Positions 37,482-50,000 of a DNA stretch of 64,000 nucleotides are shown piece by piece. A program made the translations under genes and the position numbers. The notes below the pieces were generated by a model, which had not been told where the DNA came from, did no database searches, and saw nothing but the letters and a program-made list of their open reading frames with translations. Positions within the stretch are counted from its first letter, which is position 1, and each line of letters opens with the position of its first letter. This DNA comes from Octopus sinensis. Its lineage: Eukaryota. Where the stretch lies: assembly GCF_006345805.1 (NCBI RefSeq), contig NC_043021.1, positions 19,282,001-19,346,000 on the forward strand, in the 5' to 3' direction.

Positions 37482-37999
37482 TCTCTCTCTATATAAACGG
37501 CAGTTTGTCTGTCTGTGTGTCTGTCAGGTTGTACCCTCACCCTGACCACAGCTTTCAACCAATTCTGATGAAACTTGACACACACATAGCCCAATGTCAT
37601 AATTCAAACCTAACGCAGCGAAAATTTTGAAAAGTTCCCCCAGTTCTGAAAAGAATCGATAAATTCGACATGGGGTCGAGAATCTAAGCTTTTTATATGC
37701 AACACATTTTCTGTTGTAGTTTTCGCAACTTGCAATCGATTTTCACCAAACTCATGGTGAAGCTTAATGTTACCCTAAGAAACTTAATTCTGACGTTAGT
37801 TTTCCATGCAATACCTTACCATCAGAAAAAATCGATAAAATCATGCCATTTTGGGAAATCGCGTTCAAATTCAAGATGACATTTTCGACAATATCTTTCA
37901 CAAATTGGCAGGAAATTAGAGGGAAAGGACTAGATTGGGATTAGTCGTTGCCTACTAGGGGCTCTTACATACCCGGGCAACGCCGGGCTATGCTGCTAG
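37482..37999 (+). mobile_element. Non-autonomous Helitron-like element
   Basis: A|TC 5' end, (GTCT)-like stretch near the 5' end, hairpin cccgg-gcaacg-ccggg at 37972-37987, CTAG|T 3' end. Confidence 0.8.
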
Positions 38000-38079
38000 T
38001 CATCAATAACAGTAGTAGTAGTTGTAATAATAACCATAGTAGTAGTAATAGTAATGGTATTAGTTGTAGTAGTAGTTTG

Positions 38080-38491
38080 GGATCTTTTCGGTTTGAACGG
38101 CAGTTTTTTCTAGCAGTGTCATATGAAATTGTCACCCATAATTATGACCCTAGAATCGATCTATTGCATTTCAATCTCTTTTAGGGTTAGGGTTGGGGAA
38201 AGGGTATCTTTTTTTGCTTCACAAGTGTAAATAAACCCAATCTGTTTCTTAAACGAGGGACATATTCATACGGCACAGAATGTTTTTTAACTCAATAGAC
38301 GTCAGTGATTGGTTGAAATTGCAGAAATTGAAGAAAAAAAAACCCAAATATATTACAAACTATAGAATTTTCTCAATAAAGCCAAGAGAAAAAGATGTTT
38401 TATAAACACATTCTACCAGTTATACGAAGTTTAAAATTTTTTAGTTACCTAGAAATTATGTTAAAAGCTGCCGTTCAAACCAAAAAGATCC
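38080..38491. mobile_element. Second copy of the Merlin-like MITE, in reverse orientation
   Basis: Same TIR. Flanks gtagtttg and atagtttg. ttagggttagggttgggg at 38181-38198. Confidence 0.8.
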
Positions 38492-38534
38492 ATAGTTTGT
38501 AATTAGTAAGTGTTGCTATTCTTGTTTATTGCAG

Positions 38535-38626
38535 AGAAGCAGAAGACAACAAGGTCCAAGAAAGGCAACCAAGATATATCTTTGTTTACGTCGCCCGTTG
38601 TACCTATGGTGGACACTTACCTTCAG
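38535..38626 (+). CDS. FANCM: FANCM exon 11
   Basis: ttgcag| KQKTTRSKKGNQDISLFTSPVVPMVDTYLQ |gttagt; phase 1 to phase 0. Confidence 0.75.
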
Positions 38627-38689
38627 GTTAGTCTGTTGTCAGAACATCACAAAAGCAATTACAGTTCTATATTTAAGAGATGTGGCACG

Positions 38690-39975
38690 TAAAAAACACC
38701 ACTGGGGCCCGTCAGGTGGTACTGGCAATGACCTTGCTCAAATTTTTTACACATGCCAACGGCACAGGTGCCAGTAAGGTGATGCTGGTAATGATCCCGC
38801 TCGAATGGTGCCTCCTACATTCCACTGGCACGGAAGCCAGTTAGCTGCTCTGGCAATGATCACGCTCAGATTGTGCTCTTAGCACCCTACTAGCATGGGG
38901 CACAAGTGCCAGTAAGGCGAAGCTGGTAACGATCACGCTCAAATGGTGCCTTTTATGTACCACTGGCATTGAAGCCGGTTAGCCGCTCTGGCAACGATCA
39001 CGCTCAGATCGTGCTCGTGCCCGTCATCAAATTTCACCTTGATTTTGATTTTGATTTCACTTGCCTCAACAGGTCTTCGCAAGCAGAGTTAAGTGTCCAA
39101 AGAAGGAAAAGGTACGTACAAGTGGGCTGGTTATGCCCCTGGCTCAGGCCACAAGGTTATAGTCTCATTTGGCTTGCCGGGTCTTCTCAAGCACAGCATA
39201 TTTCCAAAGGTCTCGGTCACTAGTCATTTCCTTGGTGAGGCCTAATGTTCGAAAGTCGTGCTTCACCACTTCATCCTGGGTCTACCTCTTCCACAGGTTC
39301 CCTCAACCGCTAGGGTGTGGCACTTTTTCACACAGCTATCCTCATCCATTCTCGCTACATAACCATACCAGTGCAGTTGTCTCTCTTGCACACCACATCT
39401 GATGCTTCTTAGGTCCAACTTTTCTCTCAAGGTACTTACACTCTTTCGAGTGTGCACACTGGCATTACACATCAATCGGATCATACTGGCTTCATTCCTT
39501 GTGAGCTTACGCATGTCCTCAGCAGTCACAGCCCATGTTTCACTGCCATGTAGCATAGCTGTTTGTACACATGCGTCATACAGTCTACCTTTTATTCTGA
39601 GTGAGAGGCCCTTTGTCGCCAGCAGGGGTAAGAGCTCTCTGAACTTTGCCCAAGCTATTCTTATTCTAGCAGCTACACTTTCAGAGCCCCTACCCCCACC
39701 CCCCGCTACTGACTTGGTCACCTAGGTAACGGAAGCTATCAACTACTTCTAGTTTTTCTCCCTGGAATGTGGCGAAAGTTGTTCTCTGCGCATTGTCAGT
39801 GTTCATTGCACCCGAGCATATCTGTCACATACAAAAACTATCTTCCCAGTTAGCTTTCCTTTGATATTACTGCACCTCTTATGTGTCCATAGCTTGCAGT
39901 GGGTACATCTTATAGAGTTTCTACCTACACCTCTACAACAGATCAAGCAGGGCCATCTACCTGAAGAGATTTGTG
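38690..39975 (-). mobile_element. RTE LINE fragment: PHD-like finger, C-terminal ORF and 3' UTR
   Basis: ARIRIAWAKFRELLPLL...LHGSETW...WYGYVARM...GRGRP runs directly into the UTR repeat. Confidence 0.9.
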
Positions 39976-40236
39976 GTTTGCCTGCCTTACTACTTATTAT
40001 ATATATATTGTTTGTTTGTTTTTATGTCTGTTTCTTCATGCTAGCATGGGTTAGATGAGTATATTATCGAGGTATTGATTTAGAACCAGATCCTCTTCCT
40101 GTCACTAACCTGTACCTGTTTTTCATTCATTCATACATAGATGTGTGTGTGTGTGTGCATTATTTGTATGAAAATATCAAGTTTTTCTATTCAGGCCTAT
40201 AAAATATTTCATTCCAAAACCTTATTCTCATTCCAG

Positions 40237-42850
40237 CCAACGACAAGTGCTGCAAGCCGAGTACAGTTGGTTAACGAGCCTGGGAGGGACCGAATGTACT
40301 CTTTACTTAGTAGCAGTAGTGATGACAATGACGATGGTAACTGCGAGCGTCCGGATCTGAATGTCACAAACTTCAAAAGCAAAGAGAAATTGTGTGGCAA
40401 GAAAACCTCAAAAACTTCCGGGAAGGACTCGAAGACAGCGGAGAAAACGAAGAAGAAAAGTAAGAAGGTTGTTGGTAAGAGTAAAAATCAGATTGAGAAG
40501 ATATCAACGGAGTCGAAAGAGAAGAAAAAGAAGAATAAGAATAAGAAGAAGAAAGAATCATTCTCTGGTGATGAAATATTAAATGATGAGGCTGCTGTTA
40601 GTAGCAGCCCTCGTTTTGGAATTAGTTCTTTATTAAACAAGCACAATCCTGAGTATTGTTCTGAATCTGTCTCAGACGTGTTACTGAGCAAGGAAGCAAA
40701 TTCTGAGATTTCTAAGGAAGCATTAGGTAACACCAACCATTCCCTACCAGACATGCCATTATCCCCCATCATTTCATCAAATGTGCAAGGTTCATTATTG
40801 CAGACGAGCAAGGCTGAGAAATCTTTACATGGCAGTATGGTACCGGTGGCTCCTGTCTTTGAGGCTATTCCTAAATTAATCGACGATTTTCAAAACGTCC
40901 TGTCTTCACAATCACCAGATTTGGACTTAGGACACCTTACAAAGAAATGGGATAATGAATTTGAAGGACTAAAGTCTTTAAGGGCATCTGATACGGCGGC
41001 AGAAACTCCACTTAAGGGACCATTGGCAATTTCTAAAAATGTTAGTCGTAAACGAAAACTGGAAGGTGATGATGATGTTGATGAAGATGTTATGACTGAG
41101 TCTGAGAGAATTGAAAATATTTCTGTTTTTGCACCAAATATATCTGAGGAAATGGCTGAGAAAACGGTAAAATCAGACAAGCTTAAAATATCAGAGGAGA
41201 ACACCTCAAAGTCAACAGCAAAATGTCACTTGAGTACTTTAAGCTTTTGTGACAAAGACTTTTTCTCGGACTCAAGTCTTTTTCTAGATGACGATTTTGA
41301 TGATTTTGATGGAGTGGTCAAACTCTTGTCACCACAGCTGACCAATGCGACCAACACAAAAATCAGAACAAGCAACTCAAGAAACGCAAGTAGACTGTCC
41401 AACAGCAGCAACAGAACTAATCGTGCGGACACAAGTGGACCCTCCAATGTAATCAGCAAAATTAGTCCAAGCAATACAACTGCGTCGTCCAACAGGAGCA
41501 GCACAACAAGTCCAGTAGACACAAACAACACAGGCATCACAACAGGGACAACTAGACCTGTGGACACAAGCATCACAAATAGTCCGTCCAATACAAACAG
41601 CACGAGCTACACAACTATTTCTGCCAACACAAACATCACAACTAGACCAAATGACAAAAACAGCACAAGCATCACAACTATTTCTACCAACACAAGCATC
41701 ACAACTGTGCCTTCCAACACAAACATCACAACTAGACCAAGTGACAAAAACAGCACAAGCATCACAACTGTTTCTGCCAACATAAACAACACAAGTGTGA
41801 AGCCGAATTGGGTGTTCAGACATCAGGAACCTATCAACAAGCAGGCTAATGCTGACAATAAAGTTCCTGCCAATGAGAAGAAGCTGAATCCAGATCCACC
41901 TTTGAGTGTTTCAAAACTGCCAACCTCCAAGAGTTCTTTGGAATTATGCGAAGACAACGGTGGGGAATTGGTCGATGATGGAATTTATTTTGATTTAAGT
42001 GCGGATATGTTCTCTGATTTTGATGATGATCTCAGTAAGGGAAAGAATGACAGCAACAACAGCAACAAGCCAAGAACATCAAGGAGCTTCCTAAATGATG
42101 ACCGGAATCAATGTATAAGAGAAGCACCATTTTCTGGTAAAGAAACTGGCCCCTCCAAAAGGGTTTCTGGAGATGGAGGAATAAACTCCACTCTGGGATG
42201 TAAACTCTCTTCACTTATTAATTCTAACATGACTATCAAAGATTCTTCGATAAGCAATAAAATTCCTGAAGACTCTCTCAACTTTGACCTTGAATTCGAC
42301 AGTGAGGACGACAACCTGTTTAAGTCAACAGACAACACTGGTCAGCAGAGTGATTTGGTCCTAGAAGACAACGATGTCCCTGAATTCAGTCTTGAATTTG
42401 ACTTTGACGATGGCAGTCCACTAACGGTAAACGAGTCGTGTTCTCCACAGGGGAACCAATCAGAGACAGTATTTGGCATCAACATGAACACCACAAACAA
42501 CAGCAGATCACAGTCTGAAGAGAGGAGTCAAAGCAGAAGTGGTAGTAAGACCATTCCATTCCTAAACTACTCTATTAACTCGTCACAAATGGTTGAGACA
42601 ATGGTTAACGAAGGAAAAGAAGGAAAGAACTCTGGACATCTGAAGCTACCCTCATTAACTGTTGCAGAGTCACCATTTCAGTGCGCCTCTAGTAGGAGCA
42701 GTATGTCATATGGATCAAATGGAAATGTGACCCCACAGTTATGTGGAAAGGTGACCCCAGGGCTCTATGGAAAGGTGACCCCAGGGCCCTCTGGAAAGGT
42801 GACGCCAAAACCTCTTCAACAGCTCAATTCTTATTCCAATTCCTTACATG
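40237..42850 (+). CDS. FANCM: FANCM exon 12, large low-complexity/disordered exon (about 871 aa)
   Basis: Open frame. Acceptor ttccag|CCA (phase 0) and donor G|gtgagt (phase 1) fit the flanking exons. Position matches the large central exon of FANCM. Confidence 0.82.
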
Positions 42851-43834
42851 GTGAGTTTGATTTCCTTCCTTTTTCACTTGAATTTGGTTTTCTTTTACAT
42901 GCACGTCCTTTGTATTGACAGCCATGCAGTATTGATGTTTGTACACAGGCATCATAGAATCAGCCTTTTCTTCTGAGAAAGAGTCCTTTTGCTACCAACA
43001 GGAGTAAAAGTTCTCTGAATTTTTCCACCCATTTCTTATTCTAGCAACTATACTTTCAGAGCATTCTGCTCCACTGCTAATTGGGTCATCTAGATAACAG
43101 AAACTATCTATTACTTGTAGGGTGCACTCTGGACATTTCACAATATCTATTTCCTCTATGCTCTCATTATTTATTGCTCCTGCCTGTCTGCCACAAACAA
43201 ATTCTACTTTTTCTATTAACCTTCCACTGCCTCTCTTATGTGTTCATAGTCTGCCCTGAGTACAGTGTACTTGTAAACTAACAGATAAAAATAAAAATAC
43301 ATCTGTAAAGGAATTGGACAAGTGTAGTAAATATAAGGACCAGGAAATTAAAATACAAAAGATGTGGCATCTTCAATCAAAAACTGTTTTAGGTATGATA
43401 AAAAAAAAGGATGTCAGAAACATCTAGATGACATCCCAGGAGAACCATATCTCAAAGAAAGCCAAAAGATCGTGCTGACAGGTACTGCCCTCATCCTTAG
43501 AAAAACCCTATCAGTTTAAATGTTTATGTTGTATGAATATATTTCTATACTGCCCCTGCTACTTCCCCTCCTCAAGCTTTCAGTTATATTTCAACATCTC
43601 TTAATGTCTTAATGTTCACTTGCTTTAGGGCACTGGGTGTGTCCCCTGTTTTGTGATTGCATGAAACATGTAGATTAATAAAATGATAATAATAATAATA
43701 ATAGTTTCAATTTTTGGCACAACTGGTACTTATTTTATTGACCATAGTGACATTTGATCTCAATGTAAAGATGGATGAAATGTCGCTAAGTCTTTTGCCT
43801 GGCGTGCTAACAATTCTGCCAGCTTGCAGCCTTC

Positions 43835-43873
<39 letters not shown>

Positions 43874-44522
43874 GTAATAATAATCAGAATCATAATAATA
43901 ATCAGAATCGAAATCGATCAATGGAAATTGCAGATGTGTTACCAGTGCCGGTGGCATGTAAGAGAACCTTCCGTTTCGTGTCCGTTGCCAGCCTCGCCTG
44001 GCCCTCGTGCCGGTGGCACATAAAAAGCACCATCCGTTTGTGGCCGTTTGCCAGCTCTGTCTGGCACCTGTGCGGGTGGCACGTAAAAAGCACCCACTAC
44101 ACTCACGGAGTGGTTGGCGTTAGGAAGGGCATCCAGCCGTAGAAACACTGCCAGATTTGACTGGGCCTGATGAAGCCTTCTGGCATCACAGACCCCAGTA
44201 ATAATAATAATAATAATAAAAATTAGTAATAATAATAATAATAATAAAAATTAGTAATAATAATAATAATAATAATAGTAAAAAATAGTAATAATAATAA
44301 TAATATAATAATAATAATAATAATAATAGTAAAAAATAGTAATAATAATAATAATAATAATAGTAAAAATTAGTAGTAGTAGTAATAATAATAATAATAA
44401 TAGTAAAATTAGTAGTAATAATAATAATAATAAAAATTAGTAATATAATAATAATAATAATAATAATAGTAAAATTAGTAGTAATAATAATGTTGCTGAT
44501 GATGATGATTATCTGTTTTCAG

Positions 44523-44729
44523 GTTCTGTGAAAAGCTGTCCCACCACTAACACTACTACTACTACTACTACTACTACTGCAAATAATGATGATGATGTTG
44601 TTCATGATGACAATGATATGATTATTCTTGATGATGATGATGATGATGAGGTTATCATCAAGCCTAAGAGGAGAGATGTTATTTTCTCTCCGTCCTCCGA
44701 TGGCTCCACACCAAGGTCAGAGGTGAAAG
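44523..44729 (+). CDS. FANCM: FANCM exon 13, copy a
   Basis: ttttcag| SVKSCPTTN(T)9ANN...DDEVIIKPKRRDVIFSP...EVK G|gtaata; 207 nt, phase 1-1. Confidence 0.75.
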
Positions 44730-44831
44730 GTAATAGGCTATTTAGACATATTTAGTGTGACCTGATTGGCTGACTGGTCAGTTGGTTGGCCCTCTGGCCA
44801 CTGTCCAATGACTGAAGCAATAATATATATA

Positions 44832-44905
<74 letters not shown>

Positions 44906-46089
44906 AGAATCGAAATCGATCAATGGAAATTGCAGATGTGTTACCAGTGCCGGTGGCATGTAAGAGAACCTTCCGTTTCGTGACCGTTGCCAGCGCCACC
45001 CCGACTGGCCTCATGCCGGTGGCATGTAAAAAGCACCATCCGTTCGTGTCCGTTTGCCAGCTCTGTCTGGCACCTGTGCGGGTGGCACGTAAAAAGCACC
45101 CACTACACTCACGGAGTGGTTGGCGTTAGGAATGGCATCCAGCCGTAGAAACATTGCCAGATTTGATTGGGCCTGATGAAGCCTTCTGGCTTCACAGACC
45201 CCAGTAGAACCGTCCAACCCATGCTAGCATGGAAAACGGACGCTAAACGATGATGATGATGAATAATATAAAAACTGGGGGAGCATCATATCCTTGTGTT
45301 GAAAGGAATTCTTGGAGGTTTGGATAATTCACCTTTGGAAACATGGGTGGTTTGTTCAACATCCTTAAACAATCCTTATTCAAGGACCTTTTGAGCGGGA
45401 TGGGCTACTCGACCAGAAGAAAATTCTAACTATGCCCCACCCGCAAGTTCATGTGCTGTTTATCTTGATATGAGATCACCATGTCATGCACATATGGTTG
45501 TGATGCATGTGCTTGGTGTACCCTTATCAGACGGGTAGTCATGATGGGTATACTGGGCTTTGTATATTTTACCCCAGTGTCACTTTGATGGCATGCACTG
45601 CTCTCTCACTCAATAATAATAATAATAATAATAATAATAGTAAAAATTAGTAGTAATAATAATAATAGTAAAATTAGTAGTAATAATAATAATAGTAAAA
45701 ATTAGTAATAATAATAATAATAATAGTAAAAATTAGTAATAATAATAATAATAATAGTAAAAATTAGTAGTAATAATAATAATAGTAAAATTAGTAGTAA
45801 TAATAATAATAGTAAAATTAGTAGTAATAATAATAATAGTAAAAATTAGTAATAATAATAATAATAATAGTAAAATTAGTAGTAATAATAATAATAATAA
45901 AAATTAGTAATAATAATAATAATAATAAAAATTAGTAATAATAATAATAATAATAGTAAAAAATAGTAATAATAATAATAATAATAATAATAGTAAAAAT
46001 TAGTAGTAGTAGTAATAATAATAATAATAATAATAGTAAAATTAGTAGTAATAATAATGTTGCTGATGATGATGATTATCTGTTTTCAG

Positions 46090-46284
46090 GTTCTGTGAAA
46101 AGCTGTCCCACCACCAACACTACTACTACTACTGCAAATAATGATGATGATGTTGTTCATGATGACAATGATATGATTATTCTTGATGATGATGATGATG
46201 ATGAGGTTATCATCAAGCCTAAGAGGAGAGATGTTATTTTCTCTCCGTCCTCCGATGGCTCCACACCAAGGTCAGAGGTGAAAG
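46090..46284 (+). CDS. FANCM: FANCM exon 13, copy b (tandem duplicate)
   Basis: Same splice sites as copy a, (T)5 instead of (T)9, one synonymous change; 195 nt, phase 1-1. Confidence 0.7.
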
Positions 46285-46372
46285 GTAATAGGCTATTTAG
46301 ACATATTTAGTGTGACCTGATTGGCTGACTGGTCAGTTGGTTGGCCCTCTGGCCACTGTCCAATGACTGAAG

Positions 46373-46417
<45 letters not shown>

Positions 46418-46905
46418 TATATATATACCAGAATCGAAATCGATCAATGGAAATTGCAGATGTGTTACCAGTGCCGGTGGCATGTAAGAGAACCTTCCGT
46501 TTCGTGACCGTTGCCAGCGCCGCCTCGACTGGCCTCGTGCCGGTGTCATGTAAAAAGCACCATCCGTTTGTGTCCGTTGCCAGCCTCGCCTGGCCCTCGT
46601 GCCGGTGTCATGTAAAAAGCACCATCCGTTTGTGTCCGTTGCCAGCCTCGCCTGGCCCCTGTGCCGGTGGCACATAAAAAGCACCATCCGTTTGTGGCCG
46701 TTTGCCAGCTCTGTCTGGCACCTGTGCGGGTGGCACGTAAAAAGCACCCACTACACTCACGGAGTGGTTGGCATTAGGAAGGGCATCCAGCCGTAGAAAC
46801 ACTGCCAGATTTGACTGGGCCTGATGAAGCCTTCTGGCTTCACAGACCCCAGTAGAACCGGCCTATCCATGCTAGCATGGAAAGCGGACGCTAAACGACG
46901 ATGAC

Positions 46906-46938
<33 letters not shown>

Positions 46939-47115
46939 ATATATATATATATATTATATATATATAGGCACAGTTGTGGCTGTGTGGTAAGAAGCTGGCT
47001 TCAGGTTCAGTTCCATTGCATGGCACCTTGGGCAAGTGTCTTTCTTCTACTATAGCTCTGGGCTGTCCAAAGCCTTGTGAGTAGATTTGGTAGACGGAAA
47101 AAGAAAGAAGCCCAT

Positions 47116-47177
<62 letters not shown>

Positions 47178-47276
47178 CATACAACACACACACACACACA
47201 TATATATGGCCAGAGTTTGTGAGCTGAAACTAAATAAAAAATAATATATATATATAATATATATATATATATACAT

Positions 47277-47307
<31 letters not shown>

Positions 47308-47857
47308 CATACACATATATATAATATATATATATAATAATAATAATATATATATGTGTGTGTGTATCTGTGTTTGCTCCCCACCATCGCTGGACAATTG
47401 ATGTTGGTGTGTTTATGTCCCTGTAACTTACAAAGAATAAGTCCTGGGCTCAATTTCTTTGACTAAACACACTTTAAGGCAGTGCTCCAGCATGGCTGCA
47501 GACAAATGACTGAAACAAATAAAAGAGTATGTATGTATATCTATATCTGTTTCTGCCCTCATTCTAGATCACCCCCCTCTCTCTCTCTTTGACTGGGTAA
47601 CCATGTATATCCTCTACAGCATGACACCTGTTCTTGTCTCTCTGTCATGCTCTGACCCTTCCATCAGCTGGCACCAGATCTCCTCTCAAATGCCCCCCTC
47701 CCTTCTTAGAGGACCTTTGTCTTGGAAGTTACTTGGTGACTCCTACCAGTGCTGATGTCACACAAAGGGCTTCCAGTCTGTACTGTGAAGGAGTTGGTGT
47801 TTGGAAGGGCATCCTGTTGTAAAAACCCTGCCAAAACTGATCTTGCCTGTGTTGAAG

Positions 47858-48088
47858 CATATTCTGTTGTGTCTGGGGAGAGTCATTCTCTTTTGGTGCC
47901 TTATTATTTAACACACTCACTGGTAAAATTTCCACTTATTTCGTCTTTCAAGACTATTGAAAAGGTTGCAAGATGCAACGAAAATTTTAGGAAAATAAAA
48001 GAAGAAATAAGTGGAAATTTTATCGGTGTCTGTGTTAAATTATAAGGCATCAAAAGAGAATGACTCTCCCCAGACATAACAGAATATG
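47858..48088. mobile_element. Foldback MITE with arms of about 85 bp
   Basis: 47858-47942 is the reverse complement of 48004-48088 with few mismatches. Confidence 0.8.
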
Positions 48089-49108
48089 GCTATATATAAA
48101 CTTTTAGGTAGTGGGTAGCGATTGTCTTCACTACTTCAGGGAGTGACGACCCTGCCTGACACGAATCCCGGGCTCAGCTGGCTCCGGCTGACAGTACCCG
48201 GTATGGGTCCCTATTCAGGGTTACGGAAAGGAGATAATCTTCAAAGAAATCTGGAGTGAAGAGGAGCCCCATAAGCGGTTTAGTGTTTGACTCGACACTC
48301 TTCCGGCAGCTCCTGCAACTAAGCTGGTGCCAAATGTGATGCTCTGCACTCCTTTGGACTACGTCAGCAAGGTTGAGAGAGGAATCCTGACAATTGGGCT
48401 ACCCAGGATTTTCTTACATCTAGCCCATGCCTGCGCAAAACTGGAGAGGACATGAAATTTAAAAACCAGACTGGATTAGTTTATGCGCAACTCTATTGTC
48501 TCCCAAGACAAGAGGATGCCAACAACAACAATATATAAGCTTAATGTTAACAAAAGTTGGGATGCATGGCATCCGTTTACTTAATAAATAAAAAATGTGT
48601 TCATCATCATCGTTTAATGTCCGCTTTCCATGCTAGCATGGATTGGACGGTTTGACTGAGGGCTGACGAACCAGATGGCTGCACCAGCCTCCAATCTTGA
48701 TCTGGCAGAGGTATGGGGGCCAGTCAGGCGGTACTGGCAACAACCTCACTCGAATCTTTTTACACATGCCACTGGCACAGGTGTCAGTAAGGCAGCGTTG
48801 GTAACAATCACACTCGAATGCTGCCCTTTTATGTACCACTGCACGGGGGCCAGTCAGGCAGTACTGGCAATGAGTAACGTGGCATTGGTAACGATCATGC
48901 TCAAATGGTGCCCTTTTACTTGCCACTGGCATGGAAGCTAGTTGGCTGCTCTGGCAACAATCACACTCGTATGGTGTTACCCTAATTCTTCGCATATCCA
49001 CGGCACCTACAAAATTTGCAGAGAATTAGGGCTCAAGCAAGCAAAATGATACAGATTGGATGTATGAAGGTAAACGAAAGTAATTTAAAACAATTGACAA
49101 AGATGAGT

Positions 49109-49651
49109 CAAGGGTGAGTCAAAAAGTAATGCTATTTTGTTTAGGTATAGTTACCAACACAGAACATGTATCATACATCAAAATGAAGCTGGTCCTCTGT
49201 GGATCATATCCCTACTTCTCAACATAGTCACCATTTCTCTCAATAGTAATGTTCTGCCTTCGAATGAGAGCATGTATCCCTGCCTTGTAAAATTCTGTTG
49301 ACTGTTCTTTGAGCCACTTCTTCACTACAGTTTTCACTTCCTCGTCCCTGGACTATCATTTCTTTGGCCCCATGAATGAGGGTTTGAGAGGCAAACATTA
49401 TTCCAGTGACAAGGTAGTGAAAACTGTAGTGAAGAAGTGGCTCAAAGAACAGTCAACAGAATTTTACAGGGCAGGGATACATGTTCTCATTCGAAGGTGG
49501 AACATTGCTATTGAGAGAAACGGTGACTATGTTGAGAAGTAGGGATGTGATCCACAGAGGACCAGCTTTCTTTTGATGTATGATACATGTTCCTGTGTTG
49601 GTAATTATACCTGTCCTAAACAAAATGGCTTTACTTTTTGACTCACCCTCG
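49109..49651. mobile_element. Mariner-derived foldback made of two transposon 3' ends
   Basis: Arms at 49109-49346 and 49408-49651. The right half encodes DYHFFGPMNEGLRGKHY...RRWNIAIERNGDYVEK*. Ends CCCTCG|TA. Confidence 0.9.
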
Positions 49652-50000
49652 TATATATCTGTCTGTGTGTATGTGTGTCTATATTGGAGTGTGTGTGTGT
49701 ACTTAAGTGTATATGTATGTATGTATGTATCTGGCTTGTGTGTGCATGTCTGTGTGTGTGTTGTCTGTTAATGCTCTCATGTATGTCTCTATATGTGTGT
49801 GTGGGTTTGTTGCGATTGTGTATGTCAATCAGTATGTGTGTGAGTATGTTTTGGCAGTGTGTGTGTTCACTCTCATTTCTAATGTACCTCCTCTAACCTC
49901 TCTCCCTCTCTCTGATCACCACCATGACCATCCCTGTTGAAACATCTGTGTACACACAAAGGCATTACTATCAAGCGTCTTACTTTCTCTTTTTGAACAG

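Noticed and set aside
40141-42918. Stand-alone intronless 925-aa gene
   Set aside because: The ATG is in (TG)n-adjacent intron sequence, and the internal splice sites match the phases of the FANCM neighbours, so it is an exon.
44160-44200. CTGATGAAG in the young RTE-UTR subfamily (also 45174, 46822 and 8716)
   Set aside because: It is a point variant of the usual ctggtgcag and has no downstream GAAA or stems.
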